This document shows positions 28,301 through 36,740 of a stretch of 57,979 nucleotides of DNA, piece after piece. Every line of letters starts with the position of its first letter. Position 1 is the first letter of the stretch. Under the pieces are notes generated by a model. The model saw only the letters and a program-made list of their open reading frames with translations, did no database searches and was not told the DNA's origin. The DNA is from a virus (Duplodnaviria > Caudoviricetes): IMG/VR virus record IMGVR_UViG_3300037316_000015, positions 1-57,979 of that record; one strand, written 5' to 3'. The position numbers were made by a program, and so were the translations under genes.

Positions 28301-28832
28301 CTCCAACGGCAACAGTGGCCCCGACTCCGGCTCGGCTTACGGTATCCCGCAGTCTCTGCCAGGCTCCAAGATGGCCTCCTCTGGTGCTGACTGGCGGACC
28401 AACCCAGCCACTCAGATCGACTGGGGCCTTGGCTACATCGCTGGCCGTTACGTCAACCCTATTGGTGCCTGGGCTCACGAGGTGGCCAACAACTGGTATG
28501 ACAACGGTGGCAAGGTCCAGCCTGGGCAGACCCTGGTCAACAACGGCACCGGTACCACCGAGGCTCTGCTGACCAGTCAGCAGTGGGACATCGCCAAGGC
28601 CATGCTGACCAGGGAGCAGTCCCAGTCCATGTCGACGGCCGCCGGCACTCACATGACGGTCAACCACCACGAGCAGATCACCTATGACCATCGCAATGAC
28701 TTCGGAGGCGCCAAGTTCACGGTGATGAGCAACAACCCTGACGACATGGCTGCCCAGCTCTCCAAGAAGGCCATCGCACAGCGACTGAACCAGACAAGAG
28801 GTGTGGCATGGACGACGCCAGCAACGAGCTAG
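22323..28832 (+). CDS. Tape measure protein with C-terminal Zn-peptidase-like and lytic transglycosylase domains
   Basis: 2169 aa; TP901-like core; SYHAQGSAID..HYNHVH; KESGW..AYGIPQSLPGSKM..NPATQIDWGLGYI. Confidence 0.9.
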   Translation: MSADDIVIDVGMDPSGYLSGAQQIQAASAAMSQSFGQVTGTSGTVRRALDLVTPGRVGIAAWGAMAAGAAGVQQSLGGLRATSVVTGVDLGKLTGTMHDLSQNFPVGTAGAQALVTQFTQLGVAGKGTESQIAALSNTMINLGAATTTAVPDITQGMADISRATGNNSLDNTKISALGDSLTKVAATSGASADSILAFGKNIAPMANVAGIGGAAVLGISGAFARLGDDGIGASTAVNTMLNGMNKSIRDGTPDIAVYASAIGDTTKQFTELYKTNPAEALTQVTEAIAKSASGPRLLEQLGLDSTRTMKSLTALSASGGLRPAIAASLGAYGSGLSAQAGASAMDGLNSSASELSSTMQNLGDALGTPLLGPLTLFTKALTVPAKALEGFASNAVVQKAATVALDVAGIGAIAVAGGALMKGVPSLLSYYGLGRQAVTSMPVSGYSAGLAQGRQDLPGSRTSIRGAAALRAMGPEYVTDEMPYGNLGLGPTGTVAKRAVNLGRMRGAAQLASQSKAWGASSEGRAFAASPEGQVIAVQATPDIWSKGTKATAAEIDEETGHTLKAAQPAVAPVITTPARAAVTAGDYLPTQQEQYLLARNAPVAAPIEADTQAGMSGLRRGGLAIKGAAFNLLQSSSLTTAAQLDNGRLPADQRSTLWGNRLSTEAHNVPKGALGPEMASDRVGLSAGTSKAVDAYHLASTEQGGGAIAGFLPGLKAMGNSFANDQVALKNHSSELDNGTKAVGNFRGSLSAIGTQIRASGSMISQIGQDAKAGVGTAGKLAGFGGSMLSSMGPMLAIAGVAAVGSKLWSDHQDSLAATAATQNAFGASDVNATINAYRESIGQAPQNVTAVNSVAGAAPMVAQPTIASVTGAVTPTELVSAKTGHIQTHYSGSDQSIVHQIVHTTPGGYNPDTAEALRMDLLRNGVKPADVSMIMGTVKNQGKITMPPTEGPTPWSTSKGSALLPSSAGADLVGEVGSTTSLVTVKGGVKAPQTQPLTAAQQATIAGTVHGLGSQTGVETQRAGSVAAAQGEYRSATQMYTSAKAAGASPEVLADLSQKLFSTLNPSDKNANDQTPITADEATKFLGKGGSGIAGLIEARTPQGAFSAALRGQQAAGLSTAATGGVSGATLPGNTALMLTSAGDKFGAGLFNQNNTTKFAEALAASVVTPGSGQDTQSVVNMAIAQYGGTPTVKGATPAASNTASVDSMNKTIQAMNVTLGTLPVGSPEAAALTTAQGALQAQVAVKTQDQTPAAASQSSLQASLAAAQTPIGPTTSAQTVAAQKQGVTDTAATVAADKQRMEARLEVQYQYDTQVDRTNAAFQVSQNIQEASYQRQVVNTTYSYNLSAARAQQDFNTQQTNAQADYDLSRHNEVRDFNISMARNEADYLLTRTNAIRDFNINVARMVQQSAANLYDPYTRIQTKATWDIQNLMSNMAQQSQALVKQKAQLDALRKEGVTQQVIDELKLGDVSNAQQVNQMVSDLAGSPSAVKALNAQGATTYAAAGAMTTDASNVAYVQSTQDFNKQMKDAAIAQATATKRAQQDLAKGLSDQLVAFNISISRSTVAYDLSVTRGQADFSHSLFLMAQEQGIAQQNARDALGVSLANMHTDLVHGDTVINGDLADVSKAFQATMAGKSKAYTSLLVNDSTAFSKNLTTVALAAQALLGPLGIAIPGVKVAPASLATGSMANKVNAQNGRAEGGTIGGYSPTPKADNIPIWATAGEYMHPVDAVNYYGVDTMEALRTKKIPKEALAGYFDGGWVGMWDWAHPRLPGVEMTSNYRPGGTSYHAQGSAIDLAPPSMHVFDTILNAFGNRIAELIYTPAGDLAVKNGKEVGMGFYGAATAAQHYNHVHWAMYPEPAGTMIEANPAGTNPISGSTSSGGTGLTVPSGGVLTKAMLWDKMDHKRKGLYKILLDTEEKAWNKEWPTGMPVGTGTANASFSTNVTGATSHNADVALGQKMAAARGWVGPQFNALNELWTKESGWRWNASNGNSGPDSGSAYGIPQSLPGSKMASSGADWRTNPATQIDWGLGYIAGRYVNPIGAWAHEVANNWYDNGGKVQPGQTLVNNGTGTTEALLTSQQWDIAKAMLTREQSQSMSTAAGTHMTVNHHEQITYDHRNDFGGAKFTVMSNNPDDMAAQLSKKAIAQRLNQTRGVAWTTPATS

Positions 28833-29335
28833 AGGTCGCCGCCCAGATCCAGACGGTGGGTGGGTGGCTTAACCTGCAGGACCCTGCCAACGGTTACGAG
28901 ATCGACGCCACCAGCTTTGCCAACCGTAGCGTCACCCACCGCAAGGTCGAGGCCAACAGCGGCTGGATGGAAGGCACCTTCACCACCAGGAGCGTGAGGG
29001 AGAACATCTCCGAGACGCTGGCCGTGCAGGTGTGGGGTGACACCGAGTCCGATTTCGACACGCGGCTAGGCGTGCTCACGGACGCATTAGAACAGTTGTC
29101 CTACCAGGTCATCGTCAGCTTCGGGGTCAGCCAGCAGATCTGGGACTGCACGGTGGCTGACTACGCGGTGTCGACGACCAAGGAGTTCAAGTTCGCCAAG
29201 TTCGGCATCGTCACGGCGACCGTGCCGCGGCTGCCCACACCGTATGTTCGTCCTATCGTCCCTGGCTCGCTGAGCTTCTGGGTTCTTGGCGACCCGGAGC
29301 TGTCGTTCCTGGGCGAAACAACGATTCTGCTGTAA
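28808..29335 (+). CDS. Minor tail protein (Dit-like)
   Basis: Follows the tape measure gene; beta-rich 175 aa. Confidence 0.65.
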   Translation: MDDASNELEVAAQIQTVGGWLNLQDPANGYEIDATSFANRSVTHRKVEANSGWMEGTFTTRSVRENISETLAVQVWGDTESDFDTRLGVLTDALEQLSYQVIVSFGVSQQIWDCTVADYAVSTTKEFKFAKFGIVTATVPRLPTPYVRPIVPGSLSFWVLGDPELSFLGETTILL

Positions 29336-29345
29336 GGAGCACACC

Positions 29346-29897
29346 ATGTTTGTCGTGCCGCGTACGTGGCCACACAACCTGCTGGTTGACGAGATTGCGA
29401 TGAACGCCGAGCTGCGTGACCAGCTGATCGAGGTGCAGGCCAGGATCCTTGCGCTCGAAGCGGCACAGACCGATGACTCGGCAGCCGTTGCAGCACTGCT
29501 GGCACCGTGGACGGCCTATACCCCGTCACTGACCGCAGCCATCACCAACCCCAGCGTCGGGGCTGGCAGCATCACTGGCAGCTACATCCAGTTCGGCAAG
29601 ACCGTCATCGGTGTCGCCGACATCATCTTCGGTGCCGGCATGAGTGTGGGCAACGGGGCCTACAGCATCAGCCTGCCGAAGCCACCATCTGGCAACGTGT
29701 ACACCGACATCGGTGAGGGCTGGGTCTACGACTTCTCCACCACCACCACCTGGCAGGTGATCCTGCGGGTGACCGGGGTCAACATGAACATGAGCCGTAC
29801 CGCAGCAGGGACGGCTATCTATGTGTCCCAGGCACAACCGACCACCTGGGCTGCGAACGACCACATCCACACTCACTTCAGCTACCAGAGCACCTGA
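29346..29897 (+). CDS. Minor tail protein
   Basis: AAGGAG SD; PRTW..MNAELRDQL, WTAYTP and GSYIQFGKTV..ISLP tail-fibre motifs. Confidence 0.75.
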   Translation: MFVVPRTWPHNLLVDEIAMNAELRDQLIEVQARILALEAAQTDDSAAVAALLAPWTAYTPSLTAAITNPSVGAGSITGSYIQFGKTVIGVADIIFGAGMSVGNGAYSISLPKPPSGNVYTDIGEGWVYDFSTTTTWQVILRVTGVNMNMSRTAAGTAIYVSQAQPTTWAANDHIHTHFSYQST

Positions 29898-30310
29898 TGG
29901 CAAACTTCAGCACCTACGCCAGGATCCAGATGCTGCGTGGCTGCTTCACCCCGGACTGGTTCACCGCCCCCAGTGACCTGCAGCTGGCCTTGACCACCCA
30001 GGTTCCCCTGGTCAACGCCTCGGTGGAGGAGCTCGTGGAGCCGACACAGGGCGGCTATGGCCGGTGTGACTACCAGATGGGGTCGGCCTGGTGGGCTGAG
30101 ACTGGCTTCGGTGAGCTCTACAACCTGGCACCGGTCTACTTCCCCACCGTGCTGAGCAGCTGGGGGACAATGTTCGGGTGGGCCCTGGTAGATATCGTGG
30201 CCAACCAGTGCTGGGTTACCGGCGGCCTGCTCAAACCGTTTATCGCCGACGTAGGAATGACACCTGTTCTGGGGCCCGGGGTTCTTACCATTGGTCTCTA
30301 CGACGACTAG
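29897..30310 (+). CDS. Minor tail protein
   Basis: LALTT..P, E...GGYGR and FPT...WGT pattern. Confidence 0.7.
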   Translation: MANFSTYARIQMLRGCFTPDWFTAPSDLQLALTTQVPLVNASVEELVEPTQGGYGRCDYQMGSAWWAETGFGELYNLAPVYFPTVLSSWGTMFGWALVDIVANQCWVTGGLLKPFIADVGMTPVLGPGVLTIGLYDD

Positions 30311-30319
30311 GAGTACACC

Positions 30320-31201
30320 ATGGCGGGCGCTTACCCGAATGTCCCTGACCACCGGATGGTGTGCGACCTTGACGGCACCGGCTTGTTCAAGATCAGCTCG
30401 GCCAACGCCATCACTGCCTTGCTGCCAGCTGACCAGCAGAGCCTGCAGGACGAGTCGGATGCCTCGTTCGTGGTCATGGATGGGGTGGCCCAGAAGTACG
30501 CGGTCTTGATCTTCCCGGAGAAGCGGGACCTGGCCGGTTACTTCGTGTCTGTGACCGTTCCGAACACAGGTGTGAGCGTCGGACTGGCCACTTCGGTGGA
30601 CACCACCAACGGGGTTGACGGGACCTGGGTCAATTTGGTGGCACCAGCAGCCGTCGTGGCGGGCGTGGCGCCCTTTGGGAGGGTGACCGTCCCTTTCTAT
30701 CGATCTGGGATTACAGCGGCTGTAGCGGCCGGGATCAAGGCCCTGAGGGTATCTGTGGTGCCAACGCTGTCAGCAGATCCATCCTCTCTGGTGGCTGTGC
30801 ACCTGTACGGCACCATTACGGCTGGTCAGGCGCTGGACCGGCTGGCCATCTGGGACCCGGTTCTGGACCAGCCAGTTGGCTCCTCCTACTTCGACTGGGG
30901 CGATGTCCCGCGTTCATCCAGCCAGAGCCTGCTGTTCCGGGTGAAGAACCTGTCAGCAGGGATGACCGCCACCACGGTGGTCTGCAGCCTGGATGCCCTG
31001 ACAGATACGACCCCGTCCGTGCCAGGCCAGCACACCATCTCCAGCGATGGCGGGGTCACCTTCGGTGCCACAGCGCCTCTGTTCAACCTCTCCCCGGGTG
31101 AGATCTCACCGCTGGTTACGCTGCGTCGAGTCACCCCGGTGGACGCGGTGCTGTCCTTGTGGAGTCTTCGGCTCAGTGTGGTAGCCACCTCATGGGTCTG
31201 A
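30320..31201 (+). CDS. Minor tail protein
   Basis: AGGAG SD; TSVDTTNGVDGTW and DWGDVPR..FRVKN. Confidence 0.7.
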   Translation: MAGAYPNVPDHRMVCDLDGTGLFKISSANAITALLPADQQSLQDESDASFVVMDGVAQKYAVLIFPEKRDLAGYFVSVTVPNTGVSVGLATSVDTTNGVDGTWVNLVAPAAVVAGVAPFGRVTVPFYRSGITAAVAAGIKALRVSVVPTLSADPSSLVAVHLYGTITAGQALDRLAIWDPVLDQPVGSSYFDWGDVPRSSSQSLLFRVKNLSAGMTATTVVCSLDALTDTTPSVPGQHTISSDGGVTFGATAPLFNLSPGEISPLVTLRRVTPVDAVLSLWSLRLSVVATSWV

Positions 31202-32796
31202 ACGCCGCTGAGTACATCTACGAGAACACCGGGGTCAACGCTGACAACGGTGCTTTCGAGTACGTTTCCAGTAACGACATCGACACCAGCAGGGATGCCC
31301 ACGAGTACGCACAGATGAATGCCGGGGTGGCTCTGCAGGCACCCATCGGTGGTTTCGAGTACCTGTTCGAGGGTGATGTTGACACCGGGGTAGCAGTACC
31401 GTCGATCTGGTTCGTCCATGCGTCCTCAGGCTTCGCCGGGGACCTCATCACCATCTACGGGATCGGCATGGGGGCTCTGGCTGACACAGACAGCACCCAC
31501 CTGTGGTGGTACCCGGCAGACGGGACAGCAGCTATCGACATGTCCATCGACTCCTGGACTGCCCAGCCAGCCAGTGCTGATGCCTACGATGCGAACCGGC
31601 TGATCAGCTCAGGGCCTGGGGTTGAGGACCCGTTTGCCAACGTCGAGTGCGAGATCTTGGTCGCCTACGTCCCGCTGGTGGTGGCTCCGAGCATCGCAGC
31701 AGGCCCGCGCACCGACCAACTGTGCGTAGTTGATGTCAACGGCTCCTCCAACCTGCTCCCCTGGCAGGTCTACCCAGGGATCGAGATGCCGCTGGCTGTC
31801 ATGCTCGGCAGTCTGCACGGCATGGTGAGCCTGAGCATGGTGTCCGACCCTGAAGCACCGTCGACTGCGATCGAGCAGCCATACGCGGTGATCATCCCCG
31901 AGCCGTACATCATCACCGGCAGCCTGGCTGAGCGTAAGCCACTGTTCGGGGCCTACTCCAAGACCAGTGCTGCGGTCTCAGCCAACTACTCGGCCACTGC
32001 AGGACTGGAGGAGGCACTGGCCACCACGATGCAGGCCGGCACCCCGGGGCACATGCTGGTGGCCGACTCCAGGTGGCTACCTGACGCAGACATGGTTGTC
32101 GCTCGAGACGACCTTGGTAGTGGGCTGACTACCTGGCTGCCGATCCAGGGATCACAGGTGAACTGGCTGGAGCAGTACGCCGACTCAGCCGGCTACGTCG
32201 ACCCCACCTACCAGTACGTGAGCCGCAACGGCCTGGTCAACAAGCCGGCCATGGTCATGGACGGCACGGCCTGGTTGAGGTTGAACACCGACCTGGCTAC
32301 CGGGCCGACCTTCACCGTTGCCATGGTGGTCATGCTGCACGAGTCCAAGTACAACGCCCAGCTGCTCACCAGCTTCAGTGATACCCCGGTGAACGGGGAC
32401 AACCCACTGGCCTTCAGCCAGGAAGGTGACTCCGTCGCGGTGTACATCGGGGCCCACATCGGGGCTGGGGCAACTGCCTATGGTGGGAAGGTGCTGTCCA
32501 AGCCGCTGAGTGGGATGAACCGTCCTGTCATCATTGCGTTCTCCAGCAACGGCACCTACTCCAGCATCGTGGTGGTCGACCACACCCCGAAGAACTGGTA
32601 CGTCAAGCACCCGCCACTGACTGCGGCCAACCTGCGGGTCTACCTGGGGCGGCCACCAGTGCTGCTGCCTCAGTCCAACGAGGGGATCATGAATGGTGAG
32701 ATCCTCGACCTCTCCCTTTGGCACGTCACGATGACCACGGCTCAGCTACTGCAGGTTACTTCCAAGCTGGACGGCATCTACGGGGTGACCGGATGA
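31192..32796 (+). CDS. Minor tail protein with C-terminal LamG/ConA-like domain
   Basis: NKPAMVMDG, FTVAMVV and MNGEILDLSLW..L...YG. Confidence 0.7.
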   Translation: MGLNAAEYIYENTGVNADNGAFEYVSSNDIDTSRDAHEYAQMNAGVALQAPIGGFEYLFEGDVDTGVAVPSIWFVHASSGFAGDLITIYGIGMGALADTDSTHLWWYPADGTAAIDMSIDSWTAQPASADAYDANRLISSGPGVEDPFANVECEILVAYVPLVVAPSIAAGPRTDQLCVVDVNGSSNLLPWQVYPGIEMPLAVMLGSLHGMVSLSMVSDPEAPSTAIEQPYAVIIPEPYIITGSLAERKPLFGAYSKTSAAVSANYSATAGLEEALATTMQAGTPGHMLVADSRWLPDADMVVARDDLGSGLTTWLPIQGSQVNWLEQYADSAGYVDPTYQYVSRNGLVNKPAMVMDGTAWLRLNTDLATGPTFTVAMVVMLHESKYNAQLLTSFSDTPVNGDNPLAFSQEGDSVAVYIGAHIGAGATAYGGKVLSKPLSGMNRPVIIAFSSNGTYSSIVVVDHTPKNWYVKHPPLTAANLRVYLGRPPVLLPQSNEGIMNGEILDLSLWHVTMTTAQLLQVTSKLDGIYGVTG

Positions 32797-35012
32797 GCAG
32801 CCAGAGAGTCATCCGTCCCATCCAGTCCAACGCCGGGATAGCCGGCAACTGGCGGGTAGTGGTGACCAGCCCAGCAGGGCAGGCCAGAGACATCACCATC
32901 TTCCGTGGGCTGCCGGTGACCATCGGTGACTTCTCCTTCGCCGACCCCTTCGGGGCCGACAAGATGTCCCTGACGTTCTCACAGGTGACTATCTTCGACC
33001 GCAAAGGGATCGGCGATCTGGACTGGGCTGTCAAGGGAACCAGCGTAGACGTGATCTGGACTGGGTACCTGCCGGCCAACTATCCGTTCGGGTCGATGAT
33101 CAACGGGGTGTGGATGCCGTCCTGGCGCTGGGAGGGGTACGTCACCACGTTCGGGTGGACCAGTAACTCAGGGTCCAACTCCTTCACCGTTCAGGTCAAG
33201 GGTGCCGGCTTCCAGCTGGACAACTACCTGGCCAAGCCGGAGTACCTGACTCGTCCCATTCCGTACGAGTACGCGATCTCCAGGCAGTTCCTGAAGTACC
33301 CATCGCTGCGACTGGCGCCACTGAAGATCATCTGGCCAAGCTGGTGGACCACCAAGTACCTGCCAGTGGTCGGGGCCCCGGCGTACATGCAGCCTGTCGG
33401 GGTGACCAAGGGGAGCTTCTGGACAGGGCTGCTGACCCGTGCCACAGGGGCCTGGGACCCGACCTTGACCAGCTACATCCAGACCATGCTGACGGCCATG
33501 TACACCAGCCGCGGCCGCTGGACGCTGGACTTCCTCCAGGGCCGGCAGCCAGTGCTGTTCCACCGGGACAAGATCACGGCTGCCGACAACAGCGTGGTGT
33601 ATGTCGACGCCGTCCTGCCGGACAACAACATCGACCTGTCCGAGGACTGGGAACAGTCACTGACCACGGTATTCGGCCAAGGCACATCGCTGTCCGGGGT
33701 GGCCTACACCGGTATGGAGATCTCTGCTGACGGCTCGACCACCACCTACACCCCACTGGCGGCAGCCAAGCAGGTGTACCCGCCTGACTCCACCAATGGC
33801 TGGTTCGACCCGTCCGTGATGGCCAAGGAAGTGTCCATCACCATGCAGACCGGGCTGGATGCTGACCAGGCCGCTCGAGTAGGCCGGGCTCACCAGCAGA
33901 TGTTTGCCGAGCCTGGGCTGGTAGGAACCATCGTCGGTGGGGTCGACCCGATCATGAATGGCCAGCCCATCCCAAGACACCTGGTGCGAGCTGGCATGAC
34001 TATCTGCATCCCCAACATGTTCGGCCACCCTGAGGGCGTGCTGCTGCACATCACCGAGTCCAGCCACAGCTTCGACGTGTCCACCTGGACGGTCGACTCC
34101 AAGTTCCGGGACGCACTGACCGTCAACGAGGTACGGCTGCGCGGCAAGGATGCCTTGTCCATCTCCAGGATGCTTGTGGGCGGCGGCTACACACCACCTG
34201 TCGATGACCAGCTGGTGCCCTGGAACTATGCCACCGGCAGTGGCTACCTGCCGTCCAACTCCTTGCACTCGTCGGTGCGGCTGTTCACCGGTATGCCACC
34301 TACCATGACCTTCCCGTGGGAAGACTGGACCACTGCCCGCCCGCCGTCCAACGCCGGCTGGAACTCCTGCTACCTGCACCTTCCGGCAGCATCACCAAAT
34401 GCTGACAACAACTGGATCACCCAGCACAGCGCTGCCGGGCAGAACCTTGGCGTCCCGATCATGATGAGCCAGGCAGGCACCTCACGGATGCTCCAGATCG
34501 CCGCCTATGACAAGAACGGCAACGTGGCCAAGGTTCCCTTCCATGTGTCCTTCTACACGGTGTCAGGGGTCAACGTGGACTCCATGCCACTGATCCCGGC
34601 CGACCAGGCAGCAATGTTCCCTCCCTATCTGGCTGCCCAGCACTACCCGTACACCAGGGGTGGCTTCGAGACGTTCAATGCTGATGGCACCAAGCCGAAC
34701 CCGGCACTACCGCACCCCACTGACAGTGTTGGGCTGATCAGGGCCTGGGGCAACTTCTATGAGAAGGCCGGCTACTACCCGGGCTCGTACGCAACAGGTG
34801 ACGCACCAACCGGGCTGCTACTGGACGAGACGCCGTGGACCTGGGACATCACCGGGGTCCTTCCGTTCAACTTCTACGACTCCTCCAGTGTCAACATGGC
34901 GCAGGTCGGGGCTGGGATGATCTACATGATGATCTATGCGGATGAGCAAGGCCCTGAGGATCTCTACTTCCTAGGACGCATCTTCCGTGTCGAACCAGGA
35001 CTGGGGAGCTGA
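32793..35012 (+). CDS. Minor tail protein (baseplate hub-like)
   Basis: About 739 aa; DITIFRG, DPFG and WEGYV motifs; ATGA coupling. Confidence 0.75.
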   Translation: MSSQRVIRPIQSNAGIAGNWRVVVTSPAGQARDITIFRGLPVTIGDFSFADPFGADKMSLTFSQVTIFDRKGIGDLDWAVKGTSVDVIWTGYLPANYPFGSMINGVWMPSWRWEGYVTTFGWTSNSGSNSFTVQVKGAGFQLDNYLAKPEYLTRPIPYEYAISRQFLKYPSLRLAPLKIIWPSWWTTKYLPVVGAPAYMQPVGVTKGSFWTGLLTRATGAWDPTLTSYIQTMLTAMYTSRGRWTLDFLQGRQPVLFHRDKITAADNSVVYVDAVLPDNNIDLSEDWEQSLTTVFGQGTSLSGVAYTGMEISADGSTTTYTPLAAAKQVYPPDSTNGWFDPSVMAKEVSITMQTGLDADQAARVGRAHQQMFAEPGLVGTIVGGVDPIMNGQPIPRHLVRAGMTICIPNMFGHPEGVLLHITESSHSFDVSTWTVDSKFRDALTVNEVRLRGKDALSISRMLVGGGYTPPVDDQLVPWNYATGSGYLPSNSLHSSVRLFTGMPPTMTFPWEDWTTARPPSNAGWNSCYLHLPAASPNADNNWITQHSAAGQNLGVPIMMSQAGTSRMLQIAAYDKNGNVAKVPFHVSFYTVSGVNVDSMPLIPADQAAMFPPYLAAQHYPYTRGGFETFNADGTKPNPALPHPTDSVGLIRAWGNFYEKAGYYPGSYATGDAPTGLLLDETPWTWDITGVLPFNFYDSSSVNMAQVGAGMIYMMIYADEQGPEDLYFLGRIFRVEPGLGS

Positions 35013-35013
35013 G

Positions 35014-35394
35014 ATGGGACGCTTTGCACCGGACCGGGTGAGCGGTTGGATGGACACGATCCAGGAGCTGACCCTGTGGATGGGGCTGTGCTTCGAGGAT
35101 GCCTTCTCGGTGTCTGACCCACTCACGGTGGAGATCTCCTCCATGGGCTACCAACGTGAGCCGTCAGCCTGGGTCAGGACAGCCGGCAACGTGTTGACCC
35201 TGGACTCTGACGTGACCATTCATGGTCTGGCGCCCGGGGATGTGGTGGCCTCGGTGGTCGGCTTCGACTCACAGTTCAACGGCTTGATGGTCTTCGGGGA
35301 TCTGCTGCTGCCACCGCTGACCTATGACTCCGGTGGCACCTATGTGCTGCCAGGCGGGGAGTACGTCGTTGGGATTGACATAGCCGGCTCCTAG
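35014..35394 (+). CDS. Minor tail protein
   Basis: DPLTVEISSMGYQR and FDS..NG pattern; last + strand gene. Confidence 0.65.
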   Translation: MGRFAPDRVSGWMDTIQELTLWMGLCFEDAFSVSDPLTVEISSMGYQREPSAWVRTAGNVLTLDSDVTIHGLAPGDVVASVVGFDSQFNGLMVFGDLLLPPLTYDSGGTYVLPGGEYVVGIDIAGS

Positions 35395-35570
35395 CGACGG
35401 CGGTTGGTGTTCCAGCTGTTGTTGAACCCGCCGCGGTTCTCCACCACGATGCAGATGAGGCCGGCGAAGCCAAGGATGATGCAGAGCACCAGGCCGAGCT
35501 TGAAGACTCCGAACAGTCCAAATCCAGCGACGATGATGAAGACGATGCCGATGATGGTCAAGAATCCCAT
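35391..35570 (-). CDS. 59-aa two-TM membrane protein (absent from ORF track)
   Basis: MGFLTIIGIVFIIVAGFGLFGVFKLGLVLCIILGFAGLICIVVENRGGFNNSWNTNRRR; AGGAAAG SD. Confidence 0.75.
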   Translation of the reverse strand: MGFLTIIGIVFIIVAGFGLFGVFKLGLVLCIILGFAGLICIVVENRGGFNNSWNTNRRR

Positions 35571-35636
35571 GGTGTGCTCTTTCCTGTGGGTACGGCTGGC
35601 GGCCTGAGTCTACTCCTGGGCCTGATTTTGGGCATG

Positions 35637-35688
35637 AAAAAGAGACCCTCAGGGGCCCCACCACTTTCGTGGCAGGACCCCGTCAGAC
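35637..35688 (-). terminator. Intrinsic terminator after the Bro-N gene
   Basis: GGGGTCCTGCCAC-GAAA-GTGGTGGGGCCCC hairpin then TCTCTTTTT on the - strand. Confidence 0.7.
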
Positions 35689-36327
35689 CTACTCAGCGTT
35701 GTACTTGTCTACCCAATTCTGGGTGTGCTGGCGCAAATGTTCCGACCACTTTTTCCTCTGCGTTTGATTTTCGGCTACCTCTACTGCTGTGCCAACCAGA
35801 TCGTTCAGGGTGAGATCGCCGTATGTCCCTTCTAGGCCCAGTGTCGCTTGGAGATCACTGATTTCCTCGCCCATGCGTACAACCACATCTCGCAGCTCCT
35901 GGAGCATTGGGTCATTGTTGAACTGGTCACGCATCATCGAAGGCACTACCTCGTCGTAGAGCCAGTCGCAAAGCCGGTCACCGAAGTCGGTGCGTGCTCT
36001 GGTGACCAGCTTGAGCATCCCAGTGAGCGACAGTACGGTACGCCGGCTGCCTTGACGCCGATCACCAATGTTGTTGTGCCTGCCAGGCACTTCTATTTTG
36101 GAACTGTTGTACCAACCCAGTGCATCCGCTGGCAGATCAGGTGTTGCGACCACGAAGTAGTCGACATCACGACGTAATCCATGTTGACGAAGGTGCTTTG
36201 TCTCAAAGTCACGTTGGGTGAAGTCAGACAGTGAGGTGAGCAGGAACGCTGGCTTGATCTCACTGTCCGGGAAGAGCATCTGGAACCCGGTCAGATGGCG
36301 GTGCTCGTCAAATACGTAGTTGATCAT
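35689..36327 (-). CDS. Bro-N-like antirepressor/DNA-binding protein
   Basis: LSLTGMLKLVTRAR..DWLYDEVVPSM Bro-N signature; AAGGAG SD before ATG 36327. Confidence 0.7.
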   Translation of the reverse strand: MINYVFDEHRHLTGFQMLFPDSEIKPAFLLTSLSDFTQRDFETKHLRQHGLRRDVDYFVVATPDLPADALGWYNSSKIEVPGRHNNIGDRRQGSRRTVLSLTGMLKLVTRARTDFGDRLCDWLYDEVVPSMMRDQFNNDPMLQELRDVVVRMGEEISDLQATLGLEGTYGDLTLNDLVGTAVEVAENQTQRKKWSEHLRQHTQNWVDKYNAE

Positions 36328-36341
36328 GTCGTTTCTCCTTG

Positions 36342-36449
36342 GTTGGTTGAGAGATATCCTTGGTTGAGAGATAAAAATAGGCCGCTTCAGGGGCCGGCCA
36401 CCTTTCAGCAGTCGACCCCGTCCACGGTCTCTTTTATCTCTCAACCAAC
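36342..36449. repeat. Direct plus inverted repeat in the Bro-N leader
   Basis: ttggttgagagata at 36343 and 36360; 17-bp inverted pair 36360-36376/36432-36448. Confidence 0.85.
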
Positions 36450-36740
36450 GCTCCACCATGAACTCAGCATTTTCAGGCTGACTATGCTCTCATGATGGTT
36501 TCGACTGATTACATGGACTGCTCAATCGAAGTTGTGCCCACTGGGACCCCCACAAGGCCCCCTGCCTTTTCAGGCAAGGGGCCAAGGGGCTCCATCTCCA
36601 GTGGAGGTCTAGCAAGGCGTGGCCGCGCAGACAAGCTCATGGCAGAGGGTGAGGGATCTGCGTCGTTAGCCCTCCGAGCCTGCCTTCGCTTTAATCACAT
36701 CCGGTCGTCGCAGGTCAGCGTTGACGCTGGCCACGCCATG

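Noticed and set aside
1813-34379. Many long antisense and alternate-frame ORFs in the track
   Set aside because: Shadows of high-GC3 coding on the true strand; they lack SDs and coupling.
36384-36415. CTGAAG and GAAA as a hammerhead ribozyme core
   Set aside because: CUGAnGA consensus is not met, and GAAA is a hairpin tetraloop here.
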